Of a stretch of 64,000 nucleotides of DNA, positions 51,520 through 62,093 are shown one piece after another. Below the pieces are notes generated by a model. The model was not told where the DNA came from, did no database searches, and was given only the letters and a program-made list of their open reading frames with translations. The position numbers and the translations under genes were made by a program. The stretch's first letter is position 1. Each line of letters begins with the position of its first letter. Source of the DNA: Microthyrium microscopicum (taxonomy: Eukaryota); contig MU004240.1 of assembly GCA_010405405.1 (NCBI GenBank), forward strand, positions 1,208,882-1,272,881, in the 5' to 3' direction.

Positions 51520-51657
51520 GCTTCCTTAGCTCAGTTGGTAGAGCGGTAAGGACGATCTTTCTTCTTCAAGCTAGCGGTTGACTAACCCATTATAGCTTGA
51601 CTAGTACAGTCTATGATTGTTATCAAGAAGTCACTCGTTCAAATCGGGTAGGAAGCA
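51520..51657 (+). tRNA. tRNA-Thr(AGT) interrupted by a 50-nt GT-AG intron (26/27) and a 15-nt canonical intron (37/38)
   Basis: Removing 51546-51595 and 51607-51621 gives a complete cloverleaf: acceptor GCTTCCT/AGGAAGC, D arm GCTC-AGTTGGTA-GAGC, anticodon arm CTTGA-CTAGTAA-TCAAG, variable loop AAGTC, T arm ACTCG-TTCAAAT-CGGGT, discriminator A. A and B boxes are intact. Confidence 0.93.
51546..51595 (+). other. Spliceosomal-type intron inside the tRNA gene
   Basis: GTAAGG donor, pyrimidine tract CTTTCTTCTTC, branch site GACTAAC (51580-51586) and TAG acceptor. Size and signals match the mRNA introns in this window. Confidence 0.85.
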
Positions 51658-51701
51658 ACTTCTACATTTGAAACTGTCCAATTCATCTTGGAACAAGAGT
51701 G

Positions 51702-51709
51702 TTTTTTTT
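51702..51709 (+). terminator. RNA polymerase III oligo(dT) terminator of the tRNA gene
   Basis: T8 run about 45 nt downstream of the tRNA 3' end; the first run of four or more T after the gene. Confidence 0.6.
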
Positions 51710-52532
51710 GAGTTTTGAATACCGGTATATTACCATTTTTTGGCTGCAATACACACAGAGGTAACCTGAATTTTTCACAATGAGCTGGGTCTTGTAACTC
51801 AGTATCGAGGTACCTGATAAGCCGTCGAACAGAGCGTTATTTTGTCATTTACTACAGCTGAGATCGCATTCTTGTGAATACTTTCACAATTCCCCCATGT
51901 GTTTTCTTCCCTCACGAAGCTTCGTCAGCAGAATGAGCTCGTTCGTGAGATCATAGTGGTCAATCACTTTGCTGAACAGTAGCTTTCGGTTTCAACGTGT
52001 TGACCCTTAGTCCAAGTTTTCGTTCATATACTGGAATAAGATGTATATCTGGCCAGAACGAAATAGCAATACGGCGCGTTCGTACAAAATTCGTACTCAG
52101 CCGCGGAAATATCATGGTACTTTCTGCTTCTTTTTTCAACTCCCAACAAGCATCTTAAGACTTGTACGATGATTCGTACTCATTGACTCGCTTTTTGTTA
52201 GGGGTAGATAGTTCCTAAAGAAATTTGGAGTTGGCGAATACCCTGACGAGGCTTGCACAAAGCTTACAAATACTCCACCAAATACAGGTAGCGTCTACCA
52301 CTTGTAGCTCCATACAAGGAAGTTATGTAGTCATTGCACTGGTTTGTAATAATGCGGATGATGTATATTCGTATTTCCGATCTTCCTCCGCTTTGTATGC
52401 GTTCGTCTAAAGCCCGAGTTGCCTGCTAAAGAACTACGACGTCCATAAAGTTCAAGGTTGGTGTCACGAATCACGATCATAAGATCACGAAGCACCAAAC
52501 CTCGGCAACTCTTTCATACTTCACGAGTGATT

Positions 52533-53702
52533 ATGTCTACACCCATCCCAAAATCTCACAAGCGCGTGGTAGCTATCGCAAAACGTGCTCCACTTGAGCT
52601 TCATACCGTCCCCACCAAAGCACCCGAGGCCAACGAGGTTCTCGTTCGAGTATCTTATGCTGCATCTAGTCCACTTAACCTACACGTTGCGGATGGCAAT
52701 CTTCTTGGTGGCCTACCCAACGTTGGCTGGAATGGCGCCTTTGCTGGCTCGGTAGCTGCACTGGGCCCGGAAACTCAAACTGGGCTGAAAATCGGAGATC
52801 CTGTCTTTGGCTTCACTTGGCGTGACAACAAGGAAAAATCTGGTCAGGAGTACCTGACTGCGCCTGAGACGATGATGGGTCGCATACCCGACGGAGCAGA
52901 TGAACGAGCTTACGCAACTGTGCCGGATAGCTTTGTCACTGCGTGGCATACATTGCGGACAGAGCTGGGGATGAAGCTTCCTTGGCCGAAACCTGATGGC
53001 TGGAAACCTCGGAACGTGGATACGCCAGTGCTGGTCTGGGGTGCGAGTAGTAGTGTTGGCTGGTTCGCTTTGCCTCTGCTGAAATGGGCGGGCTATACCA
53101 ATGTTGTGGCCACAGCTGGAATGAAACATCACGAGCGATTGAAGCAGTTAGGTGCGACTAAAGCATTCGACTACAGGGACGGAGATGTCGTTGAGAAATT
53201 GAGGGACGCGGCTGGACCACCGGGCTTCAGATATTTTGTGGATTGTATTGGTTCTCTGGAAGGATCAGTCAGGCCAATTGCTCAAATCGCTGGACCTGGA
53301 TCCACCATTGCAATCATGCTGCCGGTCATTGTTCGAACTGCAACAGAAACCGTCGAGCCAATCTACTCGATGGATGTGAAAGATCCCGAAATACACGTGG
53401 ACTGGAAAGATGGATCAAATCCTGTTGGAGTGAGGACTCATTTTTATACCAAGGTTGGTGATGTTTCCGGATCCTACAGTCTACCTGCGACGTTGTTGCC
53501 ACTAACAATCTGACAGGACGAGTTTGCTGCCAATAACTTACAACCAGTCGTTATGCCAGCCTTGCTACAATCCGGAGACATAGAACCGGCTTCTTACAGA
53601 ATAATGGAAGGAAAGGATATGCTCGAAAGGGCTGAGAAAGCGTTGAGCCTTTTCCGGTCAGGGGCAGTTTCTGGTGAGCGACTGATCTGGTCAACAAGTT
53701 AG
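52533..53702 (+). CDS. MDR-superfamily enoyl-reductase-like oxidoreductase (zinc-independent, ToxD/YNL134C-like), 2 exons
   Basis: GroES-like N-terminus, VLVWGASSSVG nucleotide-binding motif, LKQLGATKAFDYRD and C-terminal GAVSGERLIW. Intron about 53453-53517. Confidence 0.88.
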
Positions 53703-54181
53703 TCAGAGCCTGAGATGAGCCATACTGTAACACTGCCTTATACAGCTTCAAGAAATAATAACCTTGAATGTACCATGCTGCGTCTTCAATCAATATGCTT
53801 CCTGAGAGTCGAGACGGACTGGGGAAGTGGATCCAACTAAGTCGATTTCGAGGCCTTACCTACCTATATGAGTACAATCTTGAGCGGTATGAGCATTTGT
53901 AGTGATACCTTGTCTTGTTTTTCCAGGGCATGCAAGGCTCCCTGGTCTCAATCTGATTCTAGAGATAGAACCATTAGGCGATCCATCCAGAAGTTTCTAA
54001 TTTTAGCAAGATCTTGCAGAAGATCAATCGAAGGTCTCCTACACTGCATAACATGGTGTCTCAGCCAGAGTCCTCTTCAATTGCTAACCCGCGACAAGGA
54101 CAATGCTTATCCGTCTCTCATGAGCATTGTTATTCCAGGATCACTATTATAACAGAAGCACATTACTTCCACAGCGCAACC

Positions 54182-54676
54182 ATGTCAAATGCCAGGAACT
54201 ACTTCTTCCTAAAGGTCAAAGCCTGCACGAACAGTGCATATGTCGGCCAATATCTGCGCTACACTTCAGGCGGCCATGCCGACATAGTCATAACCCCAGA
54301 ACCGCCAAAGTTCATCAAGTTCTTTCAGGAAGATGGGAAGCTGTTGGCTGGGTTTGATACACGAGTATGGGGCATGTGTATGAGCACAGAAGGCGCAGAG
54401 ATCCATTCCGGTACGGAACTAGAGAAGGCAGAGATATTTGAAAATCGCGGTGACACTGGCTTCTTCTTTGACGACACGGACGGGCTGTTGAAGTGGGCTC
54501 CTGGTGAAGGTTTTCAGACTGGAGAACCCATTTCATGGAAGGGCTGGGTATTGCGAGAGAACACGCCTGATGTGTACAAAGGCTTTCCGCAGCTGTTTTG
54601 GCTCGGACAAGCCGTGTCGAGAGAAAAATTACCAAAGGGCGTCGAGAATCTCGAGATAGTTGCTGAATATTTTTGA
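54182..54676 (+). CDS. Hypothetical 164-aa protein, resembles small fungal beta-rich (DUF7907-like) proteins
   Basis: Globular-looking ORF with YFFLKV...YL, GFFFD..GL and WKGWVL...PQLFW. No signal peptide. Confidence 0.7.
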   Translation: MSNARNYFFLKVKACTNSAYVGQYLRYTSGGHADIVITPEPPKFIKFFQEDGKLLAGFDTRVWGMCMSTEGAEIHSGTELEKAEIFENRGDTGFFFDDTDGLLKWAPGEGFQTGEPISWKGWVLRENTPDVYKGFPQLFWLGQAVSREKLPKGVENLEIVAEYF

Positions 54677-55735
54677 GCATTGTTGGCCAAATGAACATTT
54701 GACCTGTTTCGTCATTCAGATGCTGGGTAGGCAAACTCAATGCCTCGAAATGCCTATAATATAATTAAGCTCTCTGATAAAGTACAAGACCGCAAGAATC
54801 AAGTTGTATGCTTCAAACATGAGGTCATTTGGATATGCCCAAACACTTGTTCTTACTGATCAGCTGTTCAGCAGCACTCGAAATCGATGAAGTAATTATG
54901 ATAGCCTGACTAGGTCTGGTAGCACTTGTGCATCGGGCTTCTCTCTCAGTGGATTCAAAAGCGAGTAGTATCGGCCAGAGCGGACTGTAGTTACGTAGTA
55001 GTAGTAGCTCCATAGAGATAGATAGTAGGAGGATTTGTCTCATAGATGAGTAAATGGTGACGTGCGGCTTGATTTGATAGAATTGGTAAGTCCATCAGTG
55101 AGATTGGACTGGAAAAGGGGCAGTGTTGGCATCACCTCTTTAGAGTACAACCAGTCGTTCAGTGCAATGGATAATCCCGAAACCACGGATGACATGGAGC
55201 TAATACGAGGACCCAGCACATTTACGCAAGAATTTTGACGTATCGCAGGACTTGCTAAGGTGAGGCGAAGAACAGGATTACGGAACAGGGTCGGACGAGA
55301 AGAGCAGCGCAGAACAAGAGTGGAGAGGAATACTCTTAGGTACATCGCCGTCGCTGGAGTGGGTGTTGGATAAAAAGAGGCGGGTGCTGAGAAGGGCTCC
55401 CAACTTTGAGAAATTGTAGCCTCGCCGCCAGAAGATTTAGGGAATTGAATTATTGGTACAATCAATGTTTAATATCTGCAGATTGTTATCTTTATTTTAC
55501 AAGTTACTCTACTTGCTGGTTGGAGAGAAATTGCAGCTCGACGCGGCAGGAGGTCCTAGACCGCCACAACTAGATCTTACAGAGGAAAGAGGCGTTTACA
55601 AAAAGTCCAACATCTATCGCCTTGATTGCTCGGCTCCATCCGTCGTCGCCCTCTTGTTTTCTTCATCTCTCCCATCTTGCTGAATTGATCTTTCATTCAT
55701 CTCAATTTCTAACCTCGATTCCAACGCAATTCATC

Positions 55736-56544
55736 ATGGTGGAGCTTAGAAAACGCCCTGCTCGTGCCCCGCCAGCCGAAACGCGACCAGCTAAGAAAAA
55801 GGCTGCTGCTAAACCTACTCCTGCGCCAAAAAAGGCAGCAAAGGCAAAGGCCGCGGCCCCAGCTGCTGCTGCTGCTCTCGGAGAGGCATCTGAACCAAAA
55901 GAGGAGGAAGATAAAGCGCCCGCTAAGGTCGAGAAGCCTGATGCTGAACCCAGCAAGCCTGATGTCGAGCCCAGCAAGCAAGGACCGCCAGCTGTAGGCG
56001 ACACCATCGACCTGGAGGGCTTTGGCGGCGAGCTCGAGACGCAAGACGGAAAGAAGGTGACGCTGAAGAAGCTCGTAGACGAAAGCAAAGCAGGCGTGGT
56101 GCTGTTCACATACCCAAAAGCCAATACTCCAGGATGTAAGTTCACAAACATCTGGAAACTCAAAGCTCGAGCTCGAGCTCCACCATTTCTATAACTACAA
56201 GCTAACCACATTTCTCTCCATTAGGCACTGTACAAGCATGCGCATTCCGCGATGGTAGCGAATACCTCCATTCCAAGGGGCTCGTCATCTATGGCCTCTC
56301 AGGTGACTCTCCAAAGTCAAACACTACCTTCAAAACCAAGCAAAACCTCCAGTACGACCTTCTCTGCAACTCGGCGTATACTCTCATTGGTGCGATCGGT
56401 ATGCAGCAAGGCACAGCTCACAAGACAAAGCGTGGTGTCTTTGCGGTAGACAAGAGTGGCAAAGTGTTACTCTCGTTTGCTGGTGGTCCGAAGCCTACAG
56501 TGGATGCCGTTAAGAAGCTCGTCGACGAGATGGATAAGGTATAA
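55736..56544 (+). CDS. DOT5: Peroxiredoxin Q/BCP family (Dot5-like) with basic N-terminal extension, 2 exons
   Basis: VVLFTYPKANTPGC/TVQACAFRD (PxxxTxxC active site with CxxxxC) spans the intron at about 56136-56224. Lys/Ala-rich N-terminus. Confidence 0.9.
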
Positions 56545-56911
56545 GATGTTATGAGAGGCGACGACGTTGAGTAATCATTGGCGTTGGGTTATGGTGCGGC
56601 TGGCGCGGAGTCCGGTTTATTGACATTCGAGACATTTTCTTGAAAAGATATTGTGGATAAGCTATATGAGCAAGGCAATACCTACACAGACTTGGCTTGG
56701 CTTGACTTTGCTAGACGACGAGAAGCCGGGATATTGATACCATTCACATGCAATATATGAGTCGAGTACGATGCAGATGCTTCTTCTAATTTTGTGATGT
56801 AGTTGAGCCACCATGCTGCAGGTCACCAAACTCTTGGACTGGCACTGTTCAAAGGATGATTTCATTCGTCGTGTACTCATCAGCAATCTACAGGAGAATT
56901 ACATTGCTATA

Positions 56912-59120
56912 TTACACATTCGGCGACAGCAAGTCGTACTTGACGCAACGTTCCACCTAGACATTCATTAGAAAAGCGATTGGAGGGATATGTCAAACTT
57001 ACACTTTCAATCGAAGCTTGCAACCAGCTTCGTATTTCTAGTCCGCCCCAGACCTTAAGCATTGAAAGATCGCCTCCACGAATCATTCCTGATCCACCTT
57101 GCGCGCCCAGCTGGCGAAGGATTGGTAAAGCACTACAGTTCTATGTTAGTGATGACACTATCAGAACGTTCAAGTTCACCTACCCAGCAAATAGATCAAG
57201 ATCCGGATCCAAGGCGCGCCCGATACCTTCCAGCAGCAGAATACTCAAGACAACATTGACAAAGTCTCCTTCAAGTCTGACATGATGCATTCTCACCATA
57301 CTCAGAACCTCATTCAAAATATCGCCAATCTTGATGTTTCCCAACGCAAATGTCTGACTCTTTACGCCGAGGACGAGATGTTGCATCCGTAGAGCAAACA
57401 CTTCCGGATCAATGACCTCATCCGGTGAACGACAGCGCTCGACCATCAGTCGACCAGACTTGTACCCGTCGAATTCTGCAACGGACTTGAAAAGATCCAA
57501 GAAGTTTTTACGGTTCAACTCGTTTAGTTCTGTCACTAATCCAGTGTCGATGAAAATTATCTGCGGTCTGTAGCCTTCAGTGTCGATTTGTTTGAGTTGT
57601 GCTATCCATTCTTCGTGCTTGCCCCTGCAAGGTCGAAGTCTCGAGAGGACTTCTTCCGTCACGTCGGTAGATTCTTTCAGCGTTTTCATAGCATCTTTGC
57701 TCTTGCCTCGCCAAGAGGGTACTCCTAGATTCTTGGGTTTGTAGAAGCGGACCATGATGTTTCCGGGATGTAAGTCGGCATGGATAAAGTTGTCGATGAG
57801 CAACATGCGCATGAAAGCATCTAGACCTTCATCTGCAATCTCTTTCTGAAAAGCACCACCTCCGTTTTCCAGAAAATCGGCTAGTGGAATGCCTTGTGCA
57901 AACTCCTCGATCAATACGTTGCGAGTTGTGTAGTCTGTGTATGGGAATGGGAACCAAGCTGTACTTCGCTCAGCAAAGTTTTGGCGGAATCGAGTGAGAT
58001 TTGCAGACTCAATTCGCAGATCCAGTTGTAGCTTCATCATCTCTCCAAATTGGACTACCTCGTCTGGAAAGGAGAGCCATTGCATGGTAGGGATAAGGTT
58101 TATGATACTGGCAAAGAAGCCCATTATGCGAAGATCGCGCTGGACGATGCGATCAACGCCCGGATGAAGTACTTTTATAGCCACGTATGTAGACGGCACT
58201 CGCTGCGGTGTGCTTTTCAGTGCTGTGTCGACACCCTCTTTTAAGGTCTGGGTGATGCTCTGTGGCTTTTGTATATCGATATCGCCCGGAACAGCAAGGT
58301 CGGGACTGAGTTTTGCCTTGTAGACTTGGGCAATGGCACCAACGCCTAATGGTTTCTCCTGAAACTCCTCAAAGATGTCTTTAAAATCTCGATCAAAGGC
58401 GTGCTCAATGATCTTCTTGCTTGCTGCGAGAGAGTGTGGTGGAGCATTGGAGTGCAGACTTGACATTATCTTGCACATCTCGGTAGGAAATATGTCTGAT
58501 CGTGAAGCCGCCCATTGACCCAGCTATCGACGACTTAGTCAACCGCTTTCCAGAGTCTAATTCTATGCAGAACTTACCTTTATGAACGCAGCCCCAGCTC
58601 TTTCCATAGACCGAACCAAAAACCCATACCACCATAATGTTCCCCACCTCTCATTATCTCTGGCGGGTACCGTTTCCCCAATCCATATTATTGGGATAGT
58701 CACAATGACGGGCACAAAGATAACGGCTAGGTGTACGAAGCGCAATGCGGTACATAATGGCTCCCAGATATACAAGTCCAAGAAGAAGTATACGCCTCGC
58801 CGTATCTTTGTCGAGTTCTCAAGGACTCTTGGGACATGGTCTGCGAGTTCAGCGCGCGACTGCTCTAGCATGCGCTCCTCGCCCGTCTTGCCATCATCAT
58901 TGTCCTCATTGCTCAGCTGTATGAACGCGGCCGGCGCAAGAATGGTAGCGGATGCTAGAAGTACACCCTTTCGTTGCCGCGGTGGAGATCCGGCGAAATT
59001 TGGGGCTGTAAATTGTCGAGATTGGACTCGGAAAGAACTGATGCGCGAGGGGATTCGAGGCGCGTGTTGGAGGGGCGATTGACGAAAACACAGGCGACCT
59101 GTGGCCAAAAGCCGGCTCAT
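56912..59120 (-). CDS. CQD1: Mitochondrial ABC1/UbiB atypical kinase (YPL109C/Cqd1, ADCK2-like), 4 exons
   Basis: Motifs GAAFIK/LGQWAASRSDIF, PLGVGAIAQVYKA, VAIKVLHP, NFIHADLHPGNI and IFIDTGL. Ends ERCVKYDLLSPNV*. Confidence 0.88.
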
Positions 59121-59957
59121 AATAGCCCGGAGAGGGAGAGGTGCATTAGACTTGGGAATATTTCGCGAGAGAATCTGTAGAGCAAAGGGCGAATGTCATG
59201 GTGTTGATGGAGGAGGTACCGGGATCTCTCACATGGGACGGAAGCTGGTCAGATCTTCAACGTCATCATCGCAACCTCACCTCTATTCGTCCTTCTCAAC
59301 TCCCACCGCCGTCTTCATCAGACATCTGATTTATATCTATTGAGGCTTTGCCTTGAATGGTCTACAGCAACCGGAGCCATTAAGCCATTCATTGGGTAAT
59401 CAATCCGCTGCTTATATCGCGTCGCTTTCACCTACCATCGCCATCAGCGCAAAGCATACTAGTCTTCAACTTTACGTCTCGCATAGCACTTTTTAGCATC
59501 TGAGTATCTTGACCAAGTCTTATCGCATACCTTGTGACGCGGTTTTGACGCTACGACTTAAATTGACAGCTTGGTGTTATGCTGAGTTTTCCTTTCCTTC
59601 TTTAATCTCCATCTCTTTCTCTCAAATGTTCTTTCAATGCACTTTTCGCTAGCGTAACTTGAAACTTCACGTATCACTGATTGTAGTAAAATTTTGAGAA
59701 TTCGTATGCATTCTCATCATTATCTGAAGTTCTATACAACTTCACACAAGCCTATCTGGCAAGTGAAACAACAGGTATACAACCTGAACATGACTGACCC
59801 CCATAGAAAAGGCCTTAATCTGGTATGCTAATCAACAACACAAAGATTTGCAGTGACCGATATAGGCAAAATGCATAACTACACACATCAACATGATAAG
59901 CGCCCCGCAACAACATGCTAGAGGCGAATCATCAGCAAATCCAACCAACCAACACCA

Positions 59958-62093
59958 CTACTTCTGAAGAGAATCGCGACCGAGCATGCTAAAGTCAATC
60001 TTGCGCACTGGGCCAGCAGGAGTAAGGTCAGAGCGACCACGCTTGGTAGGAGAGGTGATACCGTCTTCGTATTCGTCCTCTGGGGTACGGGCACGCTTGA
60101 CGGACGCTGGAGAGGGCTGCATGAGATTGCCCATTCCGTGCGGCAAGTTCTCCAGAGGCGAATCGAGCTCCTCGGGAGTGACGGTGGACAACATCTTACC
60201 CCATTCGGAGTTGGCAAGGTCGTACTGAACAAGTCGTGCAATGAGCTCGTCTTTGGAACCGTCGACTTCGAGTGAGCGCTTCTCCATCATCGTCTGGAGC
60301 TCCTCGATGGACATGGCGGCATCGCTATCGGCGAGGCGTTTGCAGATTGCAGCCTTTTGGCCGGTGGAGACGAGATTGCGAGATTGACAGAGCTTGGTGA
60401 TCTCATACTGCTTGAGTTTGCTACGAGGATCGTCACCCTTGGCCAAGCCATAAGTACGCTTTGTGCTGTAGAAGCTCGAAGTCTTCTTGGACTTTGGACA
60501 TGGAGTCTCTGGTGCGACGATCTCGCCGGCCTCTTCGTCCATTTCGTCTCCAGAGTTGCCACTACGAGTCATCTGTCCGTTGACTGGAGAGAACAGCGCG
60601 TCTTGAGATGGTGAAGTGGCTGGTTGAGCAGATGAGCTCTGAGGTCCGACCAATTTGGCAGCCTTTGCATGAAGATCAGTAAGCATGCCTGTCTTCTTGT
60701 CCACAGTCTTTTCCAACTTGGCAATTTGGGCCGCAAGTCTACGCGCCTTGTCCTCCTTCTTTTTAGCTTTCTCCAGCTCCTTTTCCTGGTGTGCTTTCTT
60801 TGCTGCAGCATGATTGGCAGCACGGGTAGCCTCCTCTTGTAGAACACGAGCCTGTCGCTCCTCAGCAGTCTCCACCACATCATCACCCTGCGAATCATCT
60901 GATGTACGTCCGGCCTGAAGATCCTCCAAACGCTGCTTCACGTCTGCAGCCTTGAGCTTTTTGTCATCACCAAACTGGGCATTCATCATATCAGCAATCT
61001 TTTGGTTGCGGGCCTCTTTCAGTCGAGCCATTTTTTCCGCGTTTTGTAGATTCACAGTTGGGACTGCTTCATCCTGGAGATATTGGTCCTATTCAGAGTT
61101 AGAACCTATCCAACGGGAGCCTGGAGCCAGGGAACAACTTACCATCTCAGCGGTGAACACAAACGGAGCTGGATCCTCCAGGCGTGCATCCCACTCGCGC
61201 TGTTTCTGACACAGTCGAAGGAATCGCGTACCGATAGTCTTGGCGCTGTACGGCTTAGCGTTAGGTGGTAGCATTGGATTAACGACATCCCGAACAACTT
61301 CGTTCTTTTCGCCGGCGTGCTTCATTATCCAGATGGTCTGATCGATATCGTCGCGTATATGAGAAATAGGACGAGGTGCGGCGTTGTTTTTGCGACCCGA
61401 AGAATCTTTGACGGTACGTTTGGCCTTACCCGTTCCGGTTGCAGCGGTCGAGTCGCCAGTATTTGGAGTGAATGGATTAGTAGAAGCTAGGTCATTGCGA
61501 CGCGGAGTGACCGGAGTGACCAGAGGGACAGCGTTTGCGGTGTGAGCCGGAGCGGCGAGAGGAGGCTAACAAATTAGTAGGTTTATATGATATCGGAATG
61601 ATAAACTTACCGTATTTGCGGCTGGACTACTACGGAGGGGAATGTCATGGGTACGATTTGCGTAATGTTGAGCGCCGGAGTAATTGCGTGTGTGCGAATA
61701 CGGAGCGTGCGTATGGCTAGGAGATGCGAAATGATAGCCAGAAGGCATATGCGAATATGGTGGTGGTCCCTGGTTGGGATTGGGTGGATGGGCATATGGC
61801 GACGACATAGCTTCAAATTATTTCATTAGCTGTGGTCAAGAGCTTGGGAGACGGGAAGACTTACCATTTGAGGCGCCGGCAATGGCCTGAGGAGACTGCT
61901 CCCATTGACGCACAAGACTCGATGGAATATTGCGTTTTGGTGCGGGAGTTAAGATAGTGGCTTGGGAATCGTCGCTATCAGGCTCATCCCCATGATTTGA
62001 AGCGCCTTGATTCTTCAACATGTCGGAGGGGTAAGCTTCAGGAGGAGTATAGGAACGTTGTACATGGGACGACATAGTGTCGTTAGGGGTCAT
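59958..62093 (-). CDS. SAP-domain and coiled-coil protein, at least 4 exons
   Basis: Exons 62093-61865, 61810-61611, 61565-61143 and 61088-59958 join in frame through GT-AG introns. Two SAP-like motifs: ITKLCQSRNLVSTGQKAAICKRL and ELQTMMEKRSLEVDGSKDELIARL. Confidence 0.75.

Noticed and set aside
55040..55465. Minus-strand ORF whose internal Met begins an Arg/Ser/Leu-rich, presequence-like stretch
   Set aside because: No recognisable mature domain or convincing intron structure; needs RNA-seq.
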